From the IMG/VR virus record IMGVR_UViG_3300005805_000071, positions 14,519 to 78,518 of that record: a stretch of DNA of 64,000 nucleotides; one strand, given 5' to 3'. The DNA comes from a virus (taxonomy: Duplodnaviria; Caudoviricetes). Below are positions 55,378 to 63,654 of the stretch, piece after piece. The translations under genes and the position numbers were made by a program. Position 1 is the stretch's first letter. The number at the start of each line of letters is the position of its first letter. Under the pieces are notes generated by a model. The model ran no database searches. It was not told where the DNA came from and worked only from the letters and a program-made list of their open reading frames with translations.

Positions 55378-55775
55378 CAGTGTCCTGTGACATCGGTGTA
55401 GTCCTGTATCCTACCATATCGGAAGTGAATCCGCAACCTGGGCCAATCTTGCCACTTTCCTTCCCAATTAGCAGGATAGATTTCCACATATTTGGTTAAT
55501 CCATGAACAAGAACTTTACCATGATTGCCATTAGGTTCCCAGATAAAATTAAGATATGTTTTCTCACTATGATACCTCTCATCATCTTCTCCAATTTGAA
55601 CGAAATCAGCAGTGTGAGAGTAATCAATATTATACAAATATCCTGCAGGATCTATCCAATAAAATGACAATGTGCCACCAATGCCATATTCTTCAATATC
55701 TTTAGTTTGACACTCTACATTAGTAAAGTGTGGTCCTAGATCGTATGATGATCTAATCGTATCAAACATTCCCAT
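55377..55775 (-). CDS. Hypothetical protein
   Basis: 132 aa; MGMFDTIRSSYDLG...QTKDIE. Confidence 0.75.
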   Translation of the reverse strand: MGMFDTIRSSYDLGPHFTNVECQTKDIEEYGIGGTLSFYWIDPAGYLYNIDYSHTADFVQIGEDDERYHSEKTYLNFIWEPNGNHGKVLVHGLTKYVEIYPANWEGKWQDWPRLRIHFRYGRIQDYTDVTGH

Positions 55776-55944
55776 GTTTCTCTACCGTAGTCATGCCTGT
55801 GAAACTATCTATAAAGCATTTCCATCCTTCTTCTAATTGTTTATCTGCCCATCCCCATGCGCCGTGCTCCATGCCATCAATTTGAGCAGCATCAATCTCT
55901 TGTTTAATGAGATGACGTAGCAATTCAATTTGTTCTTTAGTCAT
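55762..55944 (-). CDS. Hypothetical protein (60 aa)
   Basis: Start moved to MTKEQIELL (ATGA overlap). Confidence 0.65.
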   Translation of the reverse strand: MTKEQIELLRHLIKQEIDAAQIDGMEHGAWGWADKQLEEGWKCFIDSFTGMTTVEKHGNV

Positions 55945-56252
55945 CCAACTACCCTCCAACATACAGTAGCATTACCCTTTCGTGTTGATTCAATGTGAGC
56001 AAATGCAGCATACGATAGATCTAGATCAGCATGAGAATATGGACCACGATCATTAACTCTCACAATTACTTGTTTTCCATTGTCTTGATTCGTAACCCTA
56101 ATTTTAGTTCCCATAGGTAGGTAAGGGTGAGCAGCAGTCCAACGATAAGCATCGAAACGTTCTCCGTTTGCAGTTCGCTGCCCATGAAAACCATCACCCA
56201 TACCATAAAATGTAGTGATACCACAGGTCAATCCAGCAATCAATCCAATCAT
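55941..56252 (-). CDS. rlpA: RlpA-like double-psi beta-barrel protein (septal lytic transglycosylase family)
   Basis: FYG..DGFHGQRTANGERFD..WTAAHPYLPMGTKIRVTN..NGKQVIVRVNDRGPY...DLDLSYAAF. Confidence 0.88.
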   Translation of the reverse strand: MIGLIAGLTCGITTFYGMGDGFHGQRTANGERFDAYRWTAAHPYLPMGTKIRVTNQDNGKQVIVRVNDRGPYSHADLDLSYAAFAHIESTRKGNATVCWRVVG

Positions 56253-56491
56253 TTGTTCTTCTCACAATACAAGAAATACTTATACTCTCTAGCTTGATGT
56301 GGTGCATACCTTACCACATCACACTCTTTGTACTTATCAACCACTTCAAATGATGATTCGTTGATTGGTTTATCACCAGAGGCAAAGTATGCTAATACCA
56401 TCATGAGAACAATAAAGACAGCAGAGGCACCAAGAAATACACTAACACCACGGATCAACTCTTTGAGAGCATACTTATCTTCTTCAGTCAT
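56249..56491 (-). CDS. Membrane-anchored hypothetical protein (paralog of 58633-58875)
   Basis: 80 aa; TM helix followed by VVDKYKECDVV...YKYFLYC. Confidence 0.75.
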   Translation of the reverse strand: MTEEDKYALKELIRGVSVFLGASAVFIVLMMVLAYFASGDKPINESSFEVVDKYKECDVVRYAPHQAREYKYFLYCEKNK

Positions 56492-56757
56492 CGGTCTTCA
56501 TTATAAAATACAAATCCTGTTGCTGTTTTTTCGCAGTAGTAATAATACTCCTGAAATACACCATTCATAAAGTCTTCAAGTGTTTCCAAACTATCACTAC
56601 CAGTTGAATGATAACATTCTAACACAAAATCCTGATACTCACCAACAAAACCACAACACCTATCACCAAACTTTGAGATGTTTTTGTCTGGAAAGAGTTC
56701 GTAGTATGTGTCTAATACTTCTTGCCCATACTCTTCTAGGATGTCTTCAAAGGTCAT
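56488..56757 (-). CDS. Acidic hypothetical protein
   Basis: 89 aa. Confidence 0.65.
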   Translation of the reverse strand: MTFEDILEEYGQEVLDTYYELFPDKNISKFGDRCCGFVGEYQDFVLECYHSTGSDSLETLEDFMNGVFQEYYYYCEKTATGFVFYNEDR

Positions 56758-56932
56758 AAGGTTGTTGGGGATCTTTCTTCCAGGTTTCAGTATAGCACAT
56801 CCATTGCTCTTCGTGTGGTGACATTACGGCAGTCCAATGCTGTCCATTCTCATCAATAGCATCCAAATAATGAATGCCACTCCTGGGACCAATCACTCGT
56901 GTGATAGTTTTGAATTTTACTCGTTCAGTCAT
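56747..56932 (-). CDS. Hypothetical protein
   Basis: 61 aa. Confidence 0.7.
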   Translation of the reverse strand: MTERVKFKTITRVIGPRSGIHYLDAIDENGQHWTAVMSPHEEQWMCYTETWKKDPQQPYDL

Positions 56933-57252
56933 TTCAGTTCTCCATAAGAAAGTGCTTTGATTTCTTCTACATTCAAGATTTTGACATAACCACGAGGATA
57001 ATCATTATCATAAGCATTAAAGACAAAAACAGGAATGTTTCGTTCTTTACAGATTTGTTTGAACTTTTCTTCGTCCAGTTCAAACTTACCAACATACTCA
57101 ACACTTGGATAATTGTCCCAAGATGCTACAAGTCCTTTTGGATAATAGTCCCACTCAAACTCATCAAGTTCTTGAATAATGTTTTCTACCTCTTGAATTT
57201 TCTCTGGATTAGTGTAGATGCGTCCGTATCCTTTGTAAGTGAAGGCAGTCAT
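56929..57252 (-). CDS. Hypothetical protein
   Basis: 107 aa, ATGA overlaps at both ends. Confidence 0.7.
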   Translation of the reverse strand: MTAFTYKGYGRIYTNPEKIQEVENIIQELDEFEWDYYPKGLVASWDNYPSVEYVGKFELDEEKFKQICKERNIPVFVFNAYDNDYPRGYVKILNVEEIKALSYGELK

Positions 57253-57506
57253 TTCAGTTCCTCTTCATCTTGTTCAATCTGAAAGATAGCATTTAGAAAC
57301 TCCAGACCATACTTACCTACAACCCAGGCATCTTTATCCTCAAAGAACCGATTACCTATGGTTCTCATATCATATCCTTCTTTGTCTTTATCAAAGACGG
57401 CAATAGTATAACACATTTCTTTGTCAATACTATCTTCATACCACCTAACAAGTTCATACTTGTTGTTGTATTTGCTCCAACGGAACTCTACTTTACGAAA
57501 CCTCAT
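57249..57506 (-). CDS. Hypothetical protein
   Basis: 85 aa, ATGA overlaps. Confidence 0.7.
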   Translation of the reverse strand: MRFRKVEFRWSKYNNKYELVRWYEDSIDKEMCYTIAVFDKDKEGYDMRTIGNRFFEDKDAWVVGKYGLEFLNAIFQIEQDEEELK

Positions 57507-57736
57507 TTGTATGCCTCTAAAATAGCATTAGCAAGAGCAATCGCAAGATCTTTATTTTCGATGCTCATATCTTCCCGAGCACCACCAGAACAAGAGGTAA
57601 TGAAAATGCCAGCATTATCTACTGTGAGTTCTACTCGTTCAGTTTCATTTTCATTTTCGGGATTGGTCCAGGTGAAGACATCAATCTTACTACGGAGCAC
57701 ATCTGTGCCAGGGAGACAAGTATAGAAGTTAGACAT
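57503..57736 (-). CDS. Hypothetical protein
   Basis: 77 aa. Confidence 0.7.
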   Translation of the reverse strand: MSNFYTCLPGTDVLRSKIDVFTWTNPENENETERVELTVDNAGIFITSCSGGAREDMSIENKDLAIALANAILEAYK

Positions 57737-57918
57737 TAGAAATCAATCTCCTCATCAAAAGTAAAGTATTCGTAGATCTGTGACATCACAGCATCTTCAA
57801 TGTGCTCAATGATAGCACCCTCAGTAGGACTTTCTACATGTTTGTGTGCCCGTGCATAACCACGTCGCACACCTTCTTCGATTGCTAGTTCTAGAATAAC
57901 TCGGATTTTAGGTTTCAT
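57736..57918 (-). CDS. Hypothetical protein
   Basis: 60 aa; ILELAIEEGVRRGYARAHKH. Confidence 0.7.
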   Translation of the reverse strand: MKPKIRVILELAIEEGVRRGYARAHKHVESPTEGAIIEHIEDAVMSQIYEYFTFDEEIDF

Positions 57919-57991
57919 TTATCAAACAAATATGGAAGAACAAAGAAAAGAACGAAGAATATAATAACAACCCAACCAAGAAAGAACAGAA

Positions 57992-58228
57992 TCATAAAAT
58001 CACATCCTTAATTTCAGTAATAACTTCCCAGTGTGCATCTGCTTTGTCACCGAAACGATTAGTTCCAGTGCGAGTTGCTACCCACATAGCATACTTACCA
58101 TTCTCAGATACTAAGAACAGTTCTCCACCAGTGTCCTGCTCAACAATGCAAACAGGATTGCCTTCCATTACATTAGCAAGACGGTTCTTTGCCTTGCTGG
58201 ATTTAGGTTTTACAACTACTTTTCTCAT
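57992..58228 (-). CDS. Hypothetical protein
   Basis: 78 aa, first gene after the 58.3-kb promoter. Confidence 0.75.
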   Translation of the reverse strand: MRKVVVKPKSSKAKNRLANVMEGNPVCIVEQDTGGELFLVSENGKYAMWVATRTGTNRFGDKADAHWEVITEIKDVIL

Positions 58229-58274
58229 GATTGTAGATGTTTGATCAACTCAGGGAAGTTTGCTTTACCATGCC

Positions 58275-58330
58275 ATAATACCCCACCGATCACGCACATG
58301 TCAAGCAGGAAAAGGATTAGTAAAAATAAT
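58275..58330 (-). promoter_or_regulatory. Early promoter
   Basis: TTGACA(58299-304)-N18-TATTAT(58275-80); only half of the upstream box (ACTAATC) at the expected offset. Confidence 0.7.
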
Positions 58331-58351
58331 GTGAGGTATAACTTATCCTTA

Positions 58352-58687
58352 TCAGTCGATTTCATCATACCTTTCGTGATTACGATACCATTCTAAGTTG
58401 CGTGGTTTGAAATGCAATAATGCAAAACGAATCTCAAACCATTTGTATCGGATTGAGAAACCAAATAAGTCATGTGGACCAATACCAAATAAAATACATG
58501 GCAACCATTCAGTAGCAGGAAACTCATCCCACTGAATTACACAATCTATCAGTGCAAACTTAGGATAGTTTGAGAGCAGTTGGAAATACCATTCATGCCC
58601 AAAATCATTATAGTAAACGTAATCAAAGAGTTTCATTTTGGGCAATGCAAAAAGTATTTGTATTCGGCAAGAGCACCGTAATGCCAT
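58352..58687 (-). CDS. Aromatic-rich hypothetical protein
   Basis: Up to 111 aa; true start probably MKLFDY near 58636. Confidence 0.65.
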   Translation of the reverse strand: MALRCSCRIQILFALPKMKLFDYVYYNDFGHEWYFQLLSNYPKFALIDCVIQWDEFPATEWLPCILFGIGPHDLFGFSIRYKWFEIRFALLHFKPRNLEWYRNHERYDEID

Positions 58688-58875
58688 TGTACCACATCAC
58701 AACCTTTATACTTGCTGACTACAGTATAAGTGCCATGATTGGGTTCAGATTGTTCTACTTTTGTTTCTGGTTCTTTGACATCCAGTGCCACACCAATCAT
58801 GTAAATTAACGTGAGTGAGGACATACCCAACACTGCACCAAGTACAACTGCTCTCATATAATCAAGGTTCCTCAT
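58633..58875 (-). CDS. Membrane-anchored hypothetical protein (paralog of 56249-56491)
   Basis: 80 aa; TM helix followed by VVSKYKGCDVV...YKYFLHC. Confidence 0.75.
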   Translation of the reverse strand: MRNLDYMRAVVLGAVLGMSSLTLIYMIGVALDVKEPETKVEQSEPNHGTYTVVSKYKGCDVVQWHYGALAEYKYFLHCPK

Positions 58876-59054
58876 ACTGTTTCATTGCTATAATATACTC
58901 TAAGATTGTCTCCACCGATATTCATGTGGTAGATCTTGCCATCATTGGTATAGATACCAATCCATACATGACGACCTTCCTCCATTGTTTCATAGTGGAA
59001 CATTCTAATATCTTCCAGCACAATTTCGTCTGGGTTCTTTACAAAGTGGCTCAT
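58872..59054 (-). CDS. Hypothetical protein
   Basis: 60 aa. Confidence 0.7.
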   Translation of the reverse strand: MSHFVKNPDEIVLEDIRMFHYETMEEGRHVWIGIYTNDGKIYHMNIGGDNLRVYYSNETV

Positions 59055-59302
59055 TGTCCCTCCACATAAATCTTATACACATATGGTTTTTCACCTAGTC
59101 GGATCTGACGAACATGTGAAATAGTAGGATTGAAGGCATCATCATAAGGATAGATATATTCCATATACCAACCTAGAGACAATCCTTCCCAGAAATCATC
59201 ATATCCCCATTCATCACCATCATTATAGCAATCCAGGCAATTCCAGAAGTTATGAAATCCTTCTATGAATAGTTCCCATTTTGTAGGTTCTTGGAATCTC
59301 AT
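59051..59302 (-). CDS. Trp-rich hypothetical protein
   Basis: 83 aa. Confidence 0.7.
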   Translation of the reverse strand: MRFQEPTKWELFIEGFHNFWNCLDCYNDGDEWGYDDFWEGLSLGWYMEYIYPYDDAFNPTISHVRQIRLGEKPYVYKIYVEGQ

Positions 59303-59583
59303 GCCAAGCTCCTCAATACTTTACGAAGAAACTGAATAGAACCATAGAACTCTTGTCCATCTTGCCCACCAATCACAATCCAATCAATTTCTTCTAGAGC
59401 AAGTTGAATTCGTTGCTCTCGGGTAAGATCTTCAAAATCTTTCTCAGCAAATTCTTTTCTTTCAATCGCAGCAAGATGTTGAAATGCTCCACTATGTTCA
59501 TTCATAATGTTCTTTGCGATGTCTAGAACTTTGTTCTCTTTTTCACGACGTTCTGCTTCTTCCATCATTTCTTCATGCGTCAT
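59299..59583 (-). CDS. Hypothetical protein
   Basis: 94 aa, helical. Confidence 0.7.
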   Translation of the reverse strand: MTHEEMMEEAERREKENKVLDIAKNIMNEHSGAFQHLAAIERKEFAEKDFEDLTREQRIQLALEEIDWIVIGGQDGQEFYGSIQFLRKVLRSLA

Positions 59584-59956
59584 CGTCTAATTCTACTCCA
59601 TCTGTCAACTCTTTCATCCGTTCAAAGAAATCTTCATCTAGAGGAATAAGTTTCTCTTTACCACTATCAATATCATCACAAAGTTGCTGCAGATATTCTA
59701 GAAACTCTTTGGGATATGTATTATCTTCACCAAGAGATACCCAGAACCATTCATAACATTCGGTAAAAGGATCTTCGACAGATGCCAACATCCCATAATC
59801 AGCAAAGTTATCTGTCATGAGATCACACCAGATACGAAATGCACCAGCAATAGATTGCCAACCAGTCATCCAACAATGACCGATCCAGTAATCATACCAG
59901 TTCAATCCCACGGTTTCCTTTTGCGTTCCTTCGATTCTTGTACTATACCTGGACAT
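59573..59956 (-). CDS. Trp-rich acidic hypothetical protein
   Basis: 127 aa; FLEYLQQLCDDIDSGKEKLIPLDEDFF. Confidence 0.7.
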   Translation of the reverse strand: MSRYSTRIEGTQKETVGLNWYDYWIGHCWMTGWQSIAGAFRIWCDLMTDNFADYGMLASVEDPFTECYEWFWVSLGEDNTYPKEFLEYLQQLCDDIDSGKEKLIPLDEDFFERMKELTDGVELDDDA

Positions 59957-60090
59957 GATTGATAAAACTCTCCATTAATGTAACATGCCTCACCTTTCTT
60001 ATAGAATTGCATGGGAGCAGGTGAGTTGTCTCGCACACAGATATAGTTACCTTGAATGCAAAGTTGCAGGACTGTAATAACTTCTAGCAT
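59902..60090 (-). CDS. Small Cys-rich hypothetical protein
   Basis: 62 aa; overlaps the downstream gene by 55 nt. Confidence 0.55.
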   Translation of the reverse strand: MLEVITVLQLCIQGNYICVRDNSPAPMQFYKKGEACYINGEFYQSCPGIVQESKERKRKPWD

Positions 60091-60365
60091 TTCTCAAAAC
60101 ATACCGAATTAAATTTACCTTTCACACCACGCAATTCTATTTTAGTGTGACTTGAATGAACATAAACATGCTCAACATGATACTTATCACCCACAAATAA
60201 GTCTGGATTTGGGTCATCATTGTTACCCCATGCAATCTGTTCTTTAGAACATCCTAAGAACTTTACACAATCTCCTGCTCTAATTTCCATATGCCTTCTT
60301 GCCCACCCTAAATTAGGCCACGTATCTCTATATATTTGATTGAGTTTCTCATTCTCGTAATACAT
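60084..60365 (-). CDS. Hypothetical protein
   Basis: 93 aa; GCSKEQIAWGNNDDP...FNSVCFE. Confidence 0.7.
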   Translation of the reverse strand: MYYENEKLNQIYRDTWPNLGWARRHMEIRAGDCVKFLGCSKEQIAWGNNDDPNPDLFVGDKYHVEHVYVHSSHTKIELRGVKGKFNSVCFEKC

Positions 60366-60544
60366 CAGAGAATCCCCATATACTTCAGATATCTACGATA
60401 TGCCATATATCGTCCTAACTTAGGTTGATCCTTTACACCAAGTTGGTGACAAATCTCACAGTACATTAACCATTCGTACCATGGAGTTGTTGGATCTAAT
60501 TCGTGGTAAGGATAATCAGAGTTTTCCACCAACTTTTCCATCAT
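60365..60544 (-). CDS. Small hypothetical protein (up to 59 aa); not in ORF track
   Basis: ...SDYPYHELDPTTPWYEWLMYCEICHQLGVKDQPKLGRYMAYRRYLKYMGIL*; start uncertain. Confidence 0.7.
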   Translation of the reverse strand: MMEKLVENSDYPYHELDPTTPWYEWLMYCEICHQLGVKDQPKLGRYMAYRRYLKYMGIL

Positions 60545-60752
60545 TCAGTACCCTAGTAGATTCTTCATCCCATCCTTCCTGTCTACCTTTTAGATAGAAT
60601 CGAGTGCCAGAGATACATTGTTCTTCAGTCATGGCAGTAACTAACTCTTCACCGTCTTTTGCTGCACTGTGCCACAAACCATACTTAGTTTTGTAGACAC
60701 GGAAGGTATCATCAATCCATTCATGTTCAGTGATTTCGGGATGTTCACTCAT
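60516..60752 (-). CDS. Hypothetical protein
   Basis: 78 aa. Confidence 0.75.
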   Translation of the reverse strand: MSEHPEITEHEWIDDTFRVYKTKYGLWHSAAKDGEELVTAMTEEQCISGTRFYLKGRQEGWDEESTRVLNDGKVGGKL

Positions 60753-61069
60753 TCAAATTCTCCTGTACGATTATAATTTGTTTTGATTAGTGGAACAGTA
60801 GGTTGTGCCTCATAAATTTCTACATTTACCACAGTTTCATCATTCCAGTGTCGAATCACACCAGCAACAATAAAACAGTTGGTCAGTAAATAGGTGGCAA
60901 AAATGATAGTACGAATCACTGCAACTTTATCTGCAATGTTATCCTTCTTGTGTGCCTTCTCCCCGATTGCTTTTGCCCAAAGTCTCCACATGGTTTTCAA
61001 GTACAAGTTGACGTTCAAGTTCATATTTAAGTGGTAGCAGATGTGATGTGGTAAAACCTTCCCAGGCAT
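60749..61069 (-). CDS. Small membrane protein
   Basis: True start probably MWRLWAKAIGEKA; ADKVAVIRTIIF TM segment. Confidence 0.7.
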   Translation of the reverse strand: MPGKVLPHHICYHLNMNLNVNLYLKTMWRLWAKAIGEKAHKKDNIADKVAVIRTIIFATYLLTNCFIVAGVIRHWNDETVVNVEIYEAQPTVPLIKTNYNRTGEFE

Positions 61070-61145
61070 TACCTCGCATTAGATTGGAGATGTTTTCAAT
61101 CTGCATCAATGCAAGAATGAGTTTAGTCTTCTTATTCATACCCAT
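60939..61145 (-). CDS. Hypothetical protein
   Basis: 68 aa. Confidence 0.6.
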   Translation of the reverse strand: MGMNKKTKLILALMQIENISNLMRGNAWEGFTTSHLLPLKYELERQLVLENHVETLGKSNRGEGTQEG

Positions 61146-61663
61146 TCTGGTTTACGATCAGGTTTGCGAAGATAGTTGTCTTTGACCCATGGTTTAGATG
61201 CAACATACATCTTGTATGCTGTTGGTGTATCTATACTCGTATCAAGTTTGTATTCATCAGGCATAGCACGAGCGAAGTCATCTGCCATACAATAGCATGT
61301 AATTGCCTTGCCTGTCTTCTCATGAAACAATTTCTTTGCCTCAAACAGAGATTTGTTGCAGGCATGAATCTTACCATACCGATATTTGTATTCAGTACAA
61401 AGTGCAAGACCATGTACAATTAACCATGCAGTATTGTAGATGTTCTTTGCTGCCCATTGAGTACATGGATGGTTGCGGAATGCACCACCTTTGGTCTCAT
61501 AGTCACAACCATCTTTCTTGGGAATAGTACCCCAATCGTAATACCACTTAGAATAGATGATAGAGAGCATCTGACACGATTCTAGTGGCATCTTGACCAC
61601 ATGTTTGTCAGGAAGAACTCTTGCTGATTGGTGTGGATTCGTAGAGGTCACGAAGATGTTCAT
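61136..61663 (-). CDS. Pyrimidine-dimer DNA glycosylase-like protein (endonuclease V superfamily)
   Basis: Start moved to MNIFVTS; DKHVVKMPLESCQMLS and HPCTQWA...LCTEYKYRYGKIH. Confidence 0.75.
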   Translation of the reverse strand: MNIFVTSTNPHQSARVLPDKHVVKMPLESCQMLSIIYSKWYYDWGTIPKKDGCDYETKGGAFRNHPCTQWAAKNIYNTAWLIVHGLALCTEYKYRYGKIHACNKSLFEAKKLFHEKTGKAITCYCMADDFARAMPDEYKLDTSIDTPTAYKMYVASKPWVKDNYLRKPDRKPEWV

Positions 61664-61793
61664 GATAAAGTTGGATGTACTTCTGATAGAGTAGTTCAAG
61701 CATAGCAGCATCGTCAGATTCGTCAAGTTCAAGCATACGATCTCTCGCATCTTGTAACAAATCACAAATACGCATAATTCTTAGATGTTTCAT
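61608..61793 (-). CDS. Hypothetical protein
   Basis: 61 aa; overlaps the start of the downstream gene. Confidence 0.55.
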   Translation of the reverse strand: MKHLRIMRICDLLQDARDRMLELDESDDAAMLELLYQKYIQLYHEHLRDLYESTPISKSSS

Positions 61794-61969
61794 TAGGTTG
61801 GTTGTTCTCTTCGCTGAGTATAAGCGAGGTCGAACAGTTCGTCAAGGATTTCCGAACACTCCCAATATTGTTCGGAATCAAGAATACACTTCTCAAATTG
61901 ATACCGTCGAACAGCAGTGAATACAGTTTGCCATTGACGATCAGATAGATTCGGAATAGTCTGGTTCAT
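61793..61969 (-). CDS. Small hypothetical protein (58 aa); not in ORF track
   Basis: MNQTIPNLSDRQWQTVFTAVRRYQFEKCILDSEQYWECSEILDELFDLAYTQRREQPT*. Confidence 0.7.
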   Translation of the reverse strand: MNQTIPNLSDRQWQTVFTAVRRYQFEKCILDSEQYWECSEILDELFDLAYTQRREQPT

Positions 61970-62114
61970 GATACTTTAGGAATTCACGGAAGGTCATTTT
62001 CATCTCTTTTTGAGTCATGCCACAGTGGTCAGCAGCAGCAGGAAGATTCATTGTAGCACGAAAGAGTGCCCAGTTTGCTTCCTTTACAGTCTCAGGTGTG
62101 GTTCTATTTGTCAT
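61941..62114 (-). CDS. Small HTH-like protein (57 aa); not in ORF track
   Basis: MTNRTTPETVKEANWALFRATMNLPAAADHCGMTQKEMKMTFREFLKYHEPDYSESI*; NLPAAADHCGMTQKEM resembles a Fis-type HTH. Confidence 0.7.
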   Translation of the reverse strand: MTNRTTPETVKEANWALFRATMNLPAAADHCGMTQKEMKMTFREFLKYHEPDYSESI

Positions 62115-62641
62115 ATAAATGTTGTAACTAATACAATTCTACGTTTTTCTTTTGGTGGTCTATGACAATGAAGACCTTGAAACAAAATAATATCATCTTC
62201 TTTAGGATGATGTTCAATTCTATTGCCATTTTCCAACACTACAGTTTCTCCACCAGCATCATTTAAATATATTATCATATTAAAATGATCAAATTTATGA
62301 TCGTAATGTGGAACTGTTAAATTATTTGTTTTAGTTGGATGTACACAGTTAGCGTTAATTCGAATAAAGGAATTTAAAGTTAAATTATTGAAATTAACTA
62401 CTTCCACTAAAGCATCATGAACAAGATTAATAAATCCAGAGGAAACTTCTGGATACATCTTGTTCTCATTCCAACTAGGTCTCTTTAAAAAAGAATGACC
62501 ATAAAAAGACACATTATCATAATCACTATGGTTATTATGAGTTGATGTCTCATCATAAAACCAAGCTAATCTTTCAGAATTAATTAATTGTTTTAACTCA
62601 AAATAAAGATCACTTTTAGGATTATCTAGAACTGTAATCAT
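62111..62641 (-). CDS. 2OG-Fe(II) oxygenase
   Basis: RINANC...PHYDH...NMIIYLNDAGGET...FQGLHCH...RRIVL (HxD...H facial triad). Confidence 0.85.
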   Translation of the reverse strand: MITVLDNPKSDLYFELKQLINSERLAWFYDETSTHNNHSDYDNVSFYGHSFLKRPSWNENKMYPEVSSGFINLVHDALVEVVNFNNLTLNSFIRINANCVHPTKTNNLTVPHYDHKFDHFNMIIYLNDAGGETVVLENGNRIEHHPKEDDIILFQGLHCHRPPKEKRRIVLVTTFI

Positions 62642-62643
62642 AT

Positions 62644-62841
62644 TTAAAATTTATCTGTATGCATATCTTCTAGTTTATCCATCAAACCATCAAACGTTTG
62701 AATTTGTTCAATACGACAAATAGACTCTGAGATTGCATTACAAACTACGGGACGTTCGTTTCGTGCAGCAAACGCAAGTGCATTACGCAAAGATGCTTGT
62801 GCTTCATCTAGAGACTCTTGTACTTGTTGTGATAGTGCCAT
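62644..62841 (-). CDS. Hypothetical protein
   Basis: 65 aa; SLDEAQASLRNALAFAARNERP. Confidence 0.75.
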   Translation of the reverse strand: MALSQQVQESLDEAQASLRNALAFAARNERPVVCNAISESICRIEQIQTFDGLMDKLEDMHTDKF

Positions 62842-63059
62842 TAGTCAGATGCCCTCCATTTTGGTCTAGGTTTTAGGTAAGTTACTTCTTTGCCTAGTTT
62901 TGCTCGCATTTGTTGAAACTCTTCAACAGTTTCTAGGATTTCTTGTGCGATGACTTCACCATCATGATAGAAATCCCAGGTTTCATCGTTTCGACCCTTA
63001 TTGTACGCACTATAAAGATGCGTCATCAGGGAATCAATTAGTAGATCGTGGTGTGTCAT
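62841..63059 (-). CDS. Hypothetical protein
   Basis: 72 aa. Confidence 0.7.
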   Translation of the reverse strand: MTHHDLLIDSLMTHLYSAYNKGRNDETWDFYHDGEVIAQEILETVEEFQQMRAKLGKEVTYLKPRPKWRASD

Positions 63060-63181
63060 CCTACAAGTTGTCGAATTACTTCTTCTTCATCGCCAAGAAC
63101 GGCAGAAGTCCAATCATCTTCTTCTGATTCATGAATGTGATCAAACTGCTCATCAATCAGAGAGAAATCGAAATCGTCCAT
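63056..63181 (-). CDS. Highly acidic peptide (41 aa); not in ORF track
   Basis: MDDFDFSLIDEQFDHIHESEEDDWTSAVLGDEEEVIRQLVG*, directly after a promoter. Confidence 0.7.
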   Translation of the reverse strand: MDDFDFSLIDEQFDHIHESEEDDWTSAVLGDEEEVIRQLVG

Positions 63182-63205
63182 GTCCTTTGTGTGTTGTACC
63201 TAGGA

Positions 63206-63234
63206 ACTATAGGGCAAAACAGATGGTCTGTCAA
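63206..63234 (-). promoter_or_regulatory. Early promoter
   Basis: TTGACA-N17-TATAGT. Confidence 0.75.
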
Positions 63235-63482
63235 GTGTCGTCCGATTGCTTTTTCTTATGGTTCCATGGAATCAGTGGCAGACCCAGTTCTCGATTGAAC
63301 TTATTCAGTTCTCTCAATAGTTTCCACTTCATATAGATTCTCATAACTTCGGTCTTTGCAAATCGAAGTTGCAAGTTTAGATAAATTAAAACTCGGTTCA
63401 TTCCCTCTGGATAGATCCAGAAGAAATAACCGAGTACGCATATAAATGCGACAAATGTATAATAAGAAGGGCTATTTATCAT
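63231..63482 (-). CDS. Small membrane protein
   Basis: 83 aa, N-terminal TM helix. Confidence 0.7.
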   Translation of the reverse strand: MINSPSYYTFVAFICVLGYFFWIYPEGMNRVLIYLNLQLRFAKTEVMRIYMKWKLLRELNKFNRELGLPLIPWNHKKKQSDDT

Positions 63483-63654
63483 TTAAGTAAGGATCCAATG
63501 TGGCGATTAGTCGCTCCCACATTTGCTTTTCTGGTTTAGTTTGATTCCTTTGTGATTGATCCCAGTCAAGAAGAACATTCACAAGAAACTTACATTCTGC
63601 TTCTGTGAGAACGACATTAGTAGTTGGGTCTTTGAGTTTCATAGTAATTACCAA
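63472..63654 (-). CDS. Hypothetical protein
   Basis: 60 aa; start uncertain. Confidence 0.6.
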   Translation of the reverse strand: MVITMKLKDPTTNVVLTEAECKFLVNVLLDWDQSQRNQTKPEKQMWERLIATLDPYLNDK

